The position numbers and the translations under genes are program-made. A DNA stretch of 51,136 nucleotides from an uncultured Myxococcia bacterium (GTDB taxonomy: Bacteria > Myxococcota > Myxococcia > SLRQ01): contig CAYYHA010000006.1 in the NCBI GenBank assembly GCA_964471535.1, positions 1 to 51,136 on the forward strand, in the 5' to 3' direction. Shown piece after piece: positions 34,598 to 43,508 of this stretch. A model generated the notes under the pieces. It saw nothing but the letters and a program-made list of their open reading frames with translations, was not told the DNA's origin and made no database searches. Position 1 is the stretch's first letter. Each line of letters opens with the position of its first letter.

Positions 34598-37154
34598 TTA
34601 CTGCCAGCAGGCGGTGATCTCACGGGGCCAGACCCGCGACCCGATGCACACGTAGTCGCCCGGGCACTCGTCGTCGGATTGGCACAGCTTCAGGCACCAC
34701 CACGCCTCGCGGGTGCCGAAGATGGGGGGCTCCTCGATGGGCAGGCAGGCGGTGCCCGGGGGACAGCGGGTGGGGTCGTCGGTGCACTCGATCATGCACA
34801 GTCCCGAATCGTAGGGGTTGTCGAGCTGCCGGCGGCAGTACCCGAAGGTATCCCCGCTGCAGTCGGCGAGACGCTGGCACGGATCACCGGGTTGGCCGGC
34901 ACCCGTCGCCGAGGGCCAGCACTCCGTCTGGCCATCGAGGTCCCGGTCCGTACACACGTAGCCCTCGGCCTCGCGGCAGGGCGTAGTGCAGGACTGCACG
35001 CAGACGGCCTCGCCGTACACGTCGATGCAGTGGCTGTCTGGCGGGCACCCCGCGTCGCACCCGGCGCTGCAGTACCCGCCTGGGAAGCTCTGCCCGTCCA
35101 CCAGGCAGGTACCCGATGCGCCGCCGCTGCACTGGTCGATGGAGGTGCAGGCCGAGCCCACGGCCCCGGGGCCGTCGGCGCGGGGCGCACACTCGGTGCG
35201 GCCCTGGCCATCCCAATCCCAGCACGCGTAGCCAGGCCGGCAGCCGCCTCCAGCGCAGGACTTCAGGCACCACCCAAGTTGGGTCGTCGTGCCGTCGGGG
35301 TTTTGGTAGGTGACCGTCGAGCCGCAGTGCGCCCCCGCCCCGCAGTCGGCGTCCTGTGTGCAGGGAGAGGTGCAGTAGCCGCCGGCCCAACCGCTCTCTG
35401 CCTCCCCGCGGCAGTATCCCAGGGCCCCGCACGCCTCGGCGCTGCGGCAGGCTCCACCGATGTTCTCGCCGGCGACGCTCCCCGGCTCGCAGACGCCGGC
35501 GCTGCAGGTGTAGAAGGGGGGACAGTCGCTCGCGGCGGCGCAGGTGGGCTTGCAGATTGCATCGCCGGCCACCCCGCCACACACCGTTCCCGCCGGGCAG
35601 TCCGCGTCCGCTCGGCACTCGGTCGTACAGGCACCCGCCGCGCACCGCGCAGCAGGCCCGCCGGCACAGTCGGCAGTGCTCTGACAGGGCTCACCCACCG
35701 CTCCCGTGCCGGAGCCCGAACTCTGGCAGGTACGAAGACCGCTCCCTGTGGGCAGGCAGCCGTAGCCTGCGCCGCGACAGTCCTGGTCCGATTCGCACAG
35801 CGCTTCACATTGCCCCCGAGCGGTGTTGCAACCGCCTCCGGCGGTGCAATCGGCATCGCTCTGACACGGCTGTGTGCAGTAGCCACCGGCACTGCCGGTC
35901 TCTCCGGCGGTGCGGCACACGCCGCCGGCGCAGTCTCCGTCGCTCGTGCACGGCCCGCCGTTCTCAGAGGCCGGTGCGCACTCGGGCACCCCGTCGGCAT
36001 CGAGGTCCCGGCAGGCGTAGCCACTGCGGCATCCGGGGCCCGAGCTGCCCCCGCAGTCGCGGAGGCAGACCCCGCCCGCGCCGCAGTGCGAGCCCGCCGG
36101 GCACGGCGGATCGCCGGCGGTGCCGCAGCGTTGGGAGCAGGCCCCGCCTGGCATGCCGTCCGCCTCGCGCAGGCAGAGGGCGGCACTCGAGCCGGCGCAG
36201 TCGGCAACGGTCTGACACGCCTCCCCGATCCCTCCTCCGGTGCCGTCGTCTCGCCCCACCGGCGCGCAGACCTCGGTCGCGGAGCCGACTTGCCCGCAGC
36301 CGTAGCCACTGCGGCAGGGGGAGGCGGTGCAGTCGGCCCGACACAGTCCAGTTCCGTCCCCGAGGATCGCGCAGCGGCCCCCGGTACCGCACTCCGCATC
36401 CGTTCGGCAGGGGGCGGAGCACACACCCCCCGGCCACCCGCTCTGGGTTTCGTCAGGCACAGAGCGCTCTGGCAGGCGTCATCGGTGGTACAGGGAGCGC
36501 CGAGTCCGCCGCCCGCCGGGCTCGGCGCGGCGTCGACGCAGCGCCCGAGCCGGGCGTTGCACAGAAGGCCGCCTTCGCAGGCGCCGCAGTCGAGGACGCC
36601 GGCGCATCCGTCGGAGATGGGGCCACAGGCATCGGCAGGGCAGGCGGTGAGGGGCATGCACGGGTCGGGGTCCGGGCCGCAGAGGTTGGGCCCCCCGCCA
36701 CCACAGCGCTCGCCGGCGGGGCACGGGTCGACGCCGTCCGCCTCGCAGCGGGCCACGCCGCCGCAGCCGTCCGGCTTCTCGCCGCACGCCTCTGCGGGGT
36801 CGCAGGTGTCGGGCACGCAGGCACCTAGCCCGCATTGGTTGGCGATCCCCCCGCCGCCACAGGCCGTACCGTCGCGGCAGAAGCCGCAGTGGATCTGTCC
36901 GCCGCAACCGTCGGAGACGAGGCCGCACCCGGCCCGCAGACGTTCGGTGTCTCGGCGCCGCAGATCCGTCCCGGCGCGCAGAAGCCACAGTGGAGCGTGC
37001 CGCCGCAGCCATCGGGGATCGTGCCGCAGTAGGCACCCTGCGCCTCGCAGGTGGTCGGCTGGCACGGTTCGGTGACGGTGCCCCCGCAGGTGCAGCCGCC
37101 AGCGGCCGCAGCGAGGGCGGCGAGCGCGAGGCATGCAACACGTTCTCGGTGCAT
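34598..37154 (-). pseudogene. Cys-rich repeat lipoprotein gene interrupted by two -1 frame breaks (pieces 37154 to ~36930, ~36930 to ~36457 and ~36457 to 34598)
   Basis: ATG at 37154 gives the signal and lipobox MHRERVACLALAALAAAAGGC, then DGCGG.L.CG.C repeats. These repeats continue in the frame of track ORF 35263-37134. The PGGYC-type repeats then continue in the frame of ORF 34598-36460. Total length is 2557 nt (3n+1). The break could be real or an assembly or sequencing error. Confidence 0.5.
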
Positions 37155-37271
37155 CCTGCTCCTCCCGGCGCGGCCGACCCCAGAGCCAGGCGCCACGAGC
37201 TCCAGGCTACTTGGCCCCAGCGCCGGAGGGAAGGGCGCTCTCCACCGCGCATTCGCGGTGCCGTGCCCCCC

Positions 37272-37291
37272 CAAGTGGCACTGGCCACTTG
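37272..37291. promoter_or_regulatory. perfect palindrome in the divergent region upstream of ctaC
   Basis: CAAGTGGC-ACTG-GCCACTTG has 8-bp arms and a 4-nt spacer. It could be a dimeric regulator site or a hairpin. Confidence 0.3.
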
Positions 37292-37608
37292 CGCTCCCGT
37301 CCCCACGGGCACAAGATTCCAGCCGCCCGAACCGGGGCGCCGCAGGCGCTTGCCTCGCTCCGTTGACCCTGGCACTGGGCTCGTGGTACCTGCGCTCGCG
37401 ACGCGATACGCCCCCCGGCGGGATGGCTCTCCAGCACGGTTGATTCACCCATAGGACCGGTTCCACCCCAAGGCCCCGGCCAGCACCGGGATCCGAGACC
37501 CAAGGCCCGTTGGGCCCGTGTGGACCCGGGCTGAACGACGGCTCCCGGAAATTCCGTACGACACAGGCTCTACGAGGCAGGCCCAGACGAGGCGTCCGTA
37601 CACGAAAC

Positions 37609-37687
37609 GGGCCGAGGCGACGGGCCGAGGCAGGCGAGTCGAGATAGGACAGAGTCGAGACAGGCGAGCGAGGACAGAGTCGAGACA
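37609..37687 (+). repeat. purine-rich tandem direct repeats immediately upstream of ctaC
   Basis: GGGCCGAGGC occurs twice (37609 and 37622). AGGCGAG...GGACAGAGTCGAGAC occurs twice (37632-37661 and 37662-37686). GAGTCGAGA occurs three times. The block ends 20 nt before the ATG at 37707. Confidence 0.6.
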
Positions 37688-37706
37688 CCAGAGCGGGTAT
37701 CCACAG

Positions 37707-38690
37707 ATGGCACAGCATGCATCGAACGGCGGCGGCTTCTGGCTCCTAGAGAACGTGTCCGCGCATGGCTACGGCGGGCAGGTGGATGCGCTGATCAACT
37801 TCATCCACGTGTTCATGGCGGCCCTCTTCGTGGGCTGGGGCATCTACTACGTGTACACCCTCTTCCGCTTCCGCGCCCGAGAGGGACACAGCGCAAGCCC
37901 CGTGCCGGCGAAGGGGAAGGTCAACAAATACCTCGAGGTCGGCGTCGTCATCATCGAGGCCATCCTCCTCGTGGGCTTCAGCATCCCCGCCTGGAACGAG
38001 GCCAAGGAGGACTTCCCGTCGCCCCAAGAAGCGCAGACCGTGCGCGTGGTGGCGCAGCAGTTCGCATGGAACTTCCACTACCCGGGCAAGGACGGAATTT
38101 TCGGTCCGGTGGGGCCTCAGTTCGTCACCCCCGACAACCCCTTGGGGATCGACCGCTCCGATCCCGCCGGGAAGGACGATATCCATACCGTGAACGAACT
38201 CTATCTCGTGAAGGGCAAGCCGGTGATCGCCCGGGTGACCGCCCTGGATGTCATCCACAGCTTCGGGGTACCTCAGATGCGCGTGAAGCAGGACGCCGTG
38301 CCGGGCATGGAGGTGCCGATCTGGTTCATCCCCGCTGCGGTCAACGACGTCGACCCAGAGACGGGAGAGAAGATCCCCTTCGAAATTGCCTGTTCGCAGC
38401 TCTGCGGGCTTGGTCACTATCGCATGGGGGGGCGGATCTACGTCCTCGAGGAGCCCGAGTACGAGGAATGGCTCGACGAGCAGACCAAGGCGTTGGGCAT
38501 CGACCTCGAACCTGCGCCGGATGGCGCCGAGGCCAAGCCGCCCAAGGCGGAGGGCGCGGTGCCGGCGGAGGGGACGGCGACCGGCGATGCGACCGAAGAA
38601 GCGGGGGTAGAGCCTGCGAAAGCGGAAGAGGCGGAGCCGTCTCCCACGCGCGGTGACGCTGCCGACCAGACCCAAGGCGACTCGGAGTAA
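37707..38690 (+). CDS. ctaC: cytochrome c oxidase subunit II (CuA, no fused cytochrome c domain, acidic low-complexity tail)
   Basis: Two TM helices. The CuA ligands are HSFGVPQ and CSQLCGLGHYRM (CxxxCxxxHxxM). The C-terminal ~70 aa are rich in Ala, Glu and Pro. Confidence 0.92.
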   Translation: MAQHASNGGGFWLLENVSAHGYGGQVDALINFIHVFMAALFVGWGIYYVYTLFRFRAREGHSASPVPAKGKVNKYLEVGVVIIEAILLVGFSIPAWNEAKEDFPSPQEAQTVRVVAQQFAWNFHYPGKDGIFGPVGPQFVTPDNPLGIDRSDPAGKDDIHTVNELYLVKGKPVIARVTALDVIHSFGVPQMRVKQDAVPGMEVPIWFIPAAVNDVDPETGEKIPFEIACSQLCGLGHYRMGGRIYVLEEPEYEEWLDEQTKALGIDLEPAPDGAEAKPPKAEGAVPAEGTATGDATEEAGVEPAKAEEAEPSPTRGDAADQTQGDSE

Positions 38691-38695
38691 CGACC

Positions 38696-40483
38696 ATGAC
38701 GACCCCACTGCAGACAGCGCCCGAGGCGATCGAGAGCCACGGCCACGGCCACGGCCACCACGAGCTTGGTTTCTGGCGTAAGTACGTCTTCTCGGTCGAC
38801 CACAAAGTCATCGGCATCCAGTACGCCGTCACCGCCCTTCTCTTCCTCTTCGTCGGCTTCCTCTTGATGGTGCTGATGCGGTGGCAGCTCGCCTATCCGT
38901 ATCAGCCGTTGCCCTTCTTGGCTGGCCTCTTCGACCAGACCTTCATGCCGGGCGGGGTCATGCTCCCCGAGTTCTACAACCAGCTCGGGGCCATGCATGG
39001 CACCATCATGATCTTCCTGGGCGTGGTGCCCCTCGGCGCCGGTGGCCTGGCCAACTACGTGATGCCGCTGATGATCGGTGCACCCGACATGGCCTTCCCG
39101 CGCCTGAACATGGCCAGTTACTGGACCTTCCTTCCGGGCGGGCTGGTCATGCTGTCGGGCTTCTTCATGCCCGGTGGCGCCGCACAGAGCGGATGGACCT
39201 CCTACCCGCCGCTTGCAGACCTGGCCAGCGTAGGGCAGACGGTGTGGCTCATCGGGATGGTGCTCCTCATCACGAGTTCGCTTCTGGGCTCGGTGAACAT
39301 CATCACCACCATCATCCAGCTCCGCGCCAAGGGGCTGACCTTCTTCCGGCTGCCCTATTTCGTGTGGTGTCAGTTCGTCACCGCCTTCCTGCTCCTCCTC
39401 GCCTTCCCACCGCTCGAGGCCGCCGGCATCCTGCAGCTGATGGACCGGGTGGCGGGGACGAGCTTCTTCCTTCCGACCGGATTGGTGGTGAGCAACGCGC
39501 CCTATCCGGTGGCGGGCGGCGGCTCCCCCATCCTGTGGCAGCACCTGTTCTGGTTCCTTGCGCACCCCGAGGTCTACGTGCTCATCCTCCCGGCGATCGG
39601 GGTCGTCACCGAGATTCTGGCGAACAACACCCGAAAGCCCATCGGTGGCTACAAGACGCTCGTGTATTCCGCGATCTTCCTCGGCTTCATGTCCTTCGTG
39701 GTGTGGGCGCACCACATGTTCATGACGGGCATGGGGACGGCGATGAGCAACTTCTTCCAGGTCACCACCATGATCATCTCGATTCCCTCGGTGGTGATCG
39801 TGACCACCCTACTCCTCAATCTCTGGGGCGCGTCCATTCGCTTCAACACGCCGATGCTCTTCGCGCTGGCGTTCCTACCGATGTTCGGCATCGGCGGCCT
39901 CACCGGTCTTCCGCTGGGGCTGACGGTTTCGGACATCTACCTCCACGACACCTACTACGTGATAGGCCACTTCCACTATGTGGTGGCTCCCGGTACGCTG
40001 CTCGCACTGTTCGGGGGGATCTACTACTGGTTCCCCAAGGCGACCGGTCGCAAGATGAACGAGTTCCTCGGCAAGCTCCACTTCTGGGGGACGCTCCTCG
40101 CGATGAATGGGGTCTTCTTCCCCATGTTCATCCAAGGGCTGCGAGGGGTGAACCGTCGCCTCTACGATCAGACCTTCTACCTGCACGGGAAGGGAATCCA
40201 GTGGCTCACCGAGTGGCAGTCCATCTCTGCCTTCGTGCTCCTGGCGGCCCAGATTCCCTTCATCATCAATTTCGTTCTGTCGATCCGGCGCGGCAAGAAG
40301 GCGTCCGACAACCCCTGGCAGGCCACCACGCTGGAGTGGCAGACGCCGACGCCGCCTCCCCATGGCAACTTCCTGACGCCGCCGGTCGTGAACCACGGTC
40401 CCTACGAGTATGCCCGGAAGGCGAAGGACGCCGACGGCAACGAGATCGACTACCTCGTCCAGACAGCGAGTGCGGAGGCGTGA
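38696..40483 (+). CDS. ctaD: cytochrome c oxidase subunit I (A-type heme-copper oxidase)
   Basis: 595 aa. Motifs include MPLMIGAPDMAFPRLN, WFLAHPEVYVLILP and HFHYV, with 12 or more TM segments. Confidence 0.95.
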   Translation: MTTPLQTAPEAIESHGHGHGHHELGFWRKYVFSVDHKVIGIQYAVTALLFLFVGFLLMVLMRWQLAYPYQPLPFLAGLFDQTFMPGGVMLPEFYNQLGAMHGTIMIFLGVVPLGAGGLANYVMPLMIGAPDMAFPRLNMASYWTFLPGGLVMLSGFFMPGGAAQSGWTSYPPLADLASVGQTVWLIGMVLLITSSLLGSVNIITTIIQLRAKGLTFFRLPYFVWCQFVTAFLLLLAFPPLEAAGILQLMDRVAGTSFFLPTGLVVSNAPYPVAGGGSPILWQHLFWFLAHPEVYVLILPAIGVVTEILANNTRKPIGGYKTLVYSAIFLGFMSFVVWAHHMFMTGMGTAMSNFFQVTTMIISIPSVVIVTTLLLNLWGASIRFNTPMLFALAFLPMFGIGGLTGLPLGLTVSDIYLHDTYYVIGHFHYVVAPGTLLALFGGIYYWFPKATGRKMNEFLGKLHFWGTLLAMNGVFFPMFIQGLRGVNRRLYDQTFYLHGKGIQWLTEWQSISAFVLLAAQIPFIINFVLSIRRGKKASDNPWQATTLEWQTPTPPPHGNFLTPPVVNHGPYEYARKAKDADGNEIDYLVQTASAEA

Positions 40484-40484
40484 C

Positions 40485-41102
40485 GTGAGCGCGACAGCCG
40501 AGACTCTGGAGCCCGAGATCCCCTATACCGTCGAGCCCCATCCGGTCACTGGGGTCTACAACGGGAAGCTGGGGATGTGGACCTTCCTGGCTTCTGAGGT
40601 GATGCTCTTCGGAGGCCTCTTCTCCGCGTACGTACTCCTGCGCGTGGGCGCTGCGGAATGGGACGTGACGCCGCTGCACGCCTCGGTGCTCTTCGCCGCG
40701 GTGAACACCGCCGTGCTCATCTTCTCTTCGGTCGCCGTGGTGATGGCCTGGGCGCACTCGAAGATGGGAGAGAAGGGGAAGGCGCGGATGTGGCTCCTCG
40801 TCACCATTGCCTGTGCCTCGGTCTTCATGGTGATCAAGTTCTTCGAGTATGGGCACCATATCGGTGCGGGAGAGGTGCCATCGCACTCGAACGTCTTCGG
40901 TATCTACTTCACGGTGACCGGGCTACACGGGCTCCATGTGCTAGGCGGCATGCTGGTGGCGGCCTATCTCGCCGGACCTGGGGCGAAGCTCTTCGACCGC
41001 AATCCCGCTTGGTACACCAACCGCCTCGAGACCTTCGGGCTGTACTGGCACTTCGTCGATCTCGTTTGGATCTTCCTCTTCCCCTCGCTCTATCTGCTGT
41101 AG
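40485..41102 (+). CDS. ctaE: cytochrome c oxidase subunit III
   Basis: GTG at 40485, 1 nt after the ctaD stop. Motifs include GMWTFLASEVMLFGGLF, TGLHGLHVLGG and YWHFVDLVWIFLF. Confidence 0.9.
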   Translation: MSATAETLEPEIPYTVEPHPVTGVYNGKLGMWTFLASEVMLFGGLFSAYVLLRVGAAEWDVTPLHASVLFAAVNTAVLIFSSVAVVMAWAHSKMGEKGKARMWLLVTIACASVFMVIKFFEYGHHIGAGEVPSHSNVFGIYFTVTGLHGLHVLGGMLVAAYLAGPGAKLFDRNPAWYTNRLETFGLYWHFVDLVWIFLFPSLYLL

Positions 41103-41111
41103 GAGTCGCGC

Positions 41112-41438
41112 ATGGCCGAGTCCGTCGAGGAGTTTCGTAAGCACCTGAAGGTCTATTGGATGGTCTTTGGGGCGCTGCTCGTCCTGACAACGGTGACCGT
41201 CGCCGTGGCTCGGATCCCCTTCATCGCCGAGCACATGGCGATCGCCGTGACCGTAGGCCTTTCGATCGCCACGATGAAGGCCTCGCTGGTCGCTGGCTAT
41301 TTCATGCACCTCATCGACGACCGGAAGGTCATCGCCGTGAGTTGGATTCTCATCGTGACCGGCGTACTCTTTCTGGCGTGCCTGCTCTTGCCGGTCGTTT
41401 CGAACGTGACCACTGTAACTCTGGATCGTCTCAGCTGA
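41112..41438 (+). CDS. prokaryotic cytochrome oxidase subunit IV-family protein
   Basis: AGGAG RBS. 108 aa with three TM segments. KVYWMVFGALLVLTTVTV...SLVAGYFMHL resembles the COX4_pro family. Confidence 0.75.
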   Translation: MAESVEEFRKHLKVYWMVFGALLVLTTVTVAVARIPFIAEHMAIAVTVGLSIATMKASLVAGYFMHLIDDRKVIAVSWILIVTGVLFLACLLLPVVSNVTTVTLDRLS

Positions 41439-41453
41439 GCTGCCGGCAGAGCC

Positions 41454-41660
41454 ATGAGTCTGAAAGCCTTTCACGTCTTCTTCGTCTCCGTTGCCCTCGT
41501 CTTCTGTATTGGGATGGGGGTCTGGGCGGCGGTGGCGTGGAAGGCCCATGGGGGCGGCTTGGAACTCGCCCTCTCGGCGGGGAGCGTCGCCGCCGCGATC
41601 GCCCTCGCGGTGTACGGACGCTGGATGCTCAAGAAGCTGGCAAAGGAGAGCTACCTGTGA
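41454..41660 (+). CDS. 68-aa two-TM membrane protein
   Basis: ATG 15 nt after the subunit IV stop. GC3-biased. Hydrophobic segments are FHVFFVSVALVFCIGMGVWAAVAW and SAGSVAAAIALAVYG. Confidence 0.5.
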   Translation: MSLKAFHVFFVSVALVFCIGMGVWAAVAWKAHGGGLELALSAGSVAAAIALAVYGRWMLKKLAKESYL

Positions 41661-41911
41661 TCCCCTCGCTGATGGCCTGCGCAGTCTGCTTCGGTGAACC
41701 AGGAAGCCCCATGGCCAAAGGGGCCGAGGCGGGCGTCACCGTCCTGGGGCTCGTCATCCTCGCGACCTTGCTGTGGGTCGCTTTTCTGATCGCGTTCTTC
41801 GTGCGCCGGGCCCGCCGCGTCGCAAGGGCGCGGGCTGAAGCCCGAGGTGTGGCTTGCTCGGCGGCAGGCGAGGCGGAGGCGGACGTCGTCGTGCTGGAAC
41901 CGCGGGCCTGA
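41657..41911 (+). CDS. small membrane protein with an N-terminal CxxC
   Basis: GTGA overlap with the previous ORF (alternative ATG at 41672). MACAVCFGEPGSP is followed by the TM segment VTVLGLVILATLLWVAFLIAFFV and an Arg-rich tail. Confidence 0.45.
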   Translation: MIPSLMACAVCFGEPGSPMAKGAEAGVTVLGLVILATLLWVAFLIAFFVRRARRVARARAEARGVACSAAGEAEADVVVLEPRA

Positions 41912-41964
41912 GCCGCCCAAGAGCGTCCACCTGGCCCAGGGGGCTGGCGCGTTCGCCCGTTCCG

Positions 41965-41993
41965 TTGACTCTCGGGGGTGAGATCGATAGATA
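41965..41993 (+). promoter_or_regulatory. weak candidate promoter for the Rieske/cyt b operon
   Basis: TTGACT (41965-41970), a 17-nt spacer, then TAGATA (41988-41993), in the 189-nt gap before the Rieske gene. The -10 element is poor. Confidence 0.3.
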
Positions 41994-42100
41994 GGCGCTC
42001 CCTTCCCGGCGCCGAGTGATCCCGAGGGGCTCGGCGTGCATGCGAACCCAAGGACGCCCTTCATCTCGCTGCACCTTTCTCAAGCATCGAGGAGTTCTGG

Positions 42101-42646
42101 ATGGCAGACGTGGCCAAGCCGCCCTTGAGCAGCCCTGCCGAGACCAGTGAGAACATCTGGGCTCGGCGCAACTTTCTCGCGTTCGCCGGCTGGGGTGCGG
42201 TGTTGAGCTTTCTCGGGATCGCGACCCTAGGGTGGGTGCGGTACATGTTCCCGCGGGTGCTCTTCGAGCCCCCCGCGACCTTCAAGGCAGGCTACCCCAC
42301 CGACTACGTGGTCGGTGAGGTGTCGGAGAAGTACAAGGCCTCGAAGCGGGTGTGGATCGTGCGGACGGAGGAGGGCTTCTACGCGCTGCTTGCCATCTGC
42401 ACGCACCTCGGTTGCACACCCCGATGGCTCTCGGGTGAGAACAAGTTCAAGTGCCCCTGCCATGGCTCCGGCTTTACGAAGGAAGGGATCAACTTCGAGG
42501 GCCCGGCGCCTCGCCCGCTGGAGCGGGTGAAGATCACCCTTGCAGACGATGGACAGATCTTGATCGACAAGTCGGTGAAGTACCGTTACGAGCTCGGGCA
42601 GTGGCACAAGCCGGGCGCCTTCCTCGAGTACAAGGCGACTGCCTAG
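42101..42646 (+). CDS. Rieske 2Fe-2S subunit of a cytochrome b6-type bc complex
   Basis: GAGGAG RBS. The N-terminus has a Tat-like ARRNFL followed by a TM anchor. Cluster boxes are CTHLGC and CPCHGS. Confidence 0.92.
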   Translation: MADVAKPPLSSPAETSENIWARRNFLAFAGWGAVLSFLGIATLGWVRYMFPRVLFEPPATFKAGYPTDYVVGEVSEKYKASKRVWIVRTEEGFYALLAICTHLGCTPRWLSGENKFKCPCHGSGFTKEGINFEGPAPRPLERVKITLADDGQILIDKSVKYRYELGQWHKPGAFLEYKATA

Positions 42647-42701
42647 CTCGCGCGACGCGTCTCCCTCTCCCTTCTCACGATAGGACCTCGGAGGTCTCAC
42701 G

Positions 42702-43472
42702 GTGGCCAGCAAGCCCTCCTTCAAGGACAAGCTCGTCAACTCGCAGGTCTGGCGGTCGATCTTTCGGCATGGCTATGCAGACACGCCGCGCAACCGGGTC
42801 CTGCAGATCAGCGCCAACGTCTGGCTGCACCTCCATCCCTCCAAGATTCGCCGCCACGGCGTCCGCTTCCGTCATACGTGGTGTGCTGGCGGGTTGACCT
42901 TCCTCCTCTATCTGGTCACGGTCGTGACCGGCGTGGTGCTGATGTTCTACTACCGGCCCACGGGTGAATATGCCTACTGGGACATCAAGTACCTCGACTT
43001 CGATGTGCCCTTTGGGATGCTCATGCGGAACATGCATCGCTGGGCGGCCCACGGCATGGTGATCTTCGTGTGGCTCCACATGTTCCGCGTCTTCATGACG
43101 GGTTCGTACAAGCCGCCGCGCGAGTTCAACTGGGTGGTGGGCGTCTTGCTGCTCACCCTGACCCTACTTCTTTCCTTTACCGGCTACCTCCTTCCGTGGG
43201 ATCAGCTCGCCATCTGGGCGGTGACCGTTGGCACGAACATGGCGCGGGCGACGCCCCTGCTTGGCCACCAAGGACCCTTTGGCCCCGAGTTGGGCATGAC
43301 TCCCCGGTACGATGCCCGAGCGTTCCTCACCGCAGGGACCGTGGTCGGAGCCCCCACCTTGCTGCGCTTCTACGTGCTCCACTGCATCTTCATCCCCATC
43401 GCAGCAAGCATCCTGATGATTCTGCACTTTTGGCGAGTACGGAAGGATGGCGGAATCTCGGGGCCCATGTAG
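42702..43472 (+). CDS. cytochrome b6-like subunit (four-helix N-terminal cytochrome b)
   Basis: Collinear with plastid and cyanobacterial b6: [29 protein letters not shown] (H-x13-H), [26 protein letters not shown] (H-x14-H), and it ends [10 protein letters not shown]. Confidence 0.92.
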   Translation: MASKPSFKDKLVNSQVWRSIFRHGYADTPRNRVLQISANVWLHLHPSKIRRHGVRFRHTWCAGGLTFLLYLVTVVTGVVLMFYYRPTGEYAYWDIKYLDFDVPFGMLMRNMHRWAAHGMVIFVWLHMFRVFMTGSYKPPREFNWVVGVLLLTLTLLLSFTGYLLPWDQLAIWAVTVGTNMARATPLLGHQGPFGPELGMTPRYDARAFLTAGTVVGAPTLLRFYVLHCIFIPIAASILMILHFWRVRKDGGISGPM

Positions 43473-43508
43473 GGCGACGGGTAGGAACAAGGCAGGAGAC
43501 ATCGCATC

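Noticed and set aside
36440-36470. Programmed -1 ribosomal frameshifting as the explanation for the frame breaks in the Cys-rich gene.
   Set aside because: No X XXY YYZ slippery heptamer is present at either junction. Homology in the new frame starts before the only A/C-rich run (GAAACCC). The first junction also lacks a whole repeat spacer. An indel or an assembly error is more parsimonious.
34160-37075. A 971-aa ORF on the + strand, the longest in this region.
   Set aside because: It lies antisense to the Cys-rich repeat gene. Its product is Arg/Ala/Gly/Pro-rich with no motif. The minus-strand frames carry clear repeat logic and a lipoprotein signal, so this is a typical high-GC shadow ORF.
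37276-37292. A sigma-54-like TGGCAC...TTGC within the palindrome upstream of ctaC, and a TGGCAC at 23551 upstream of the NUDIX gene.
   Set aside because: At 37276 the GG-to-GC spacing is 12 nt instead of the required 10. At 23551 the -12 element reads ATCC rather than TTGC. Neither satisfies the strict -24/-12 geometry.
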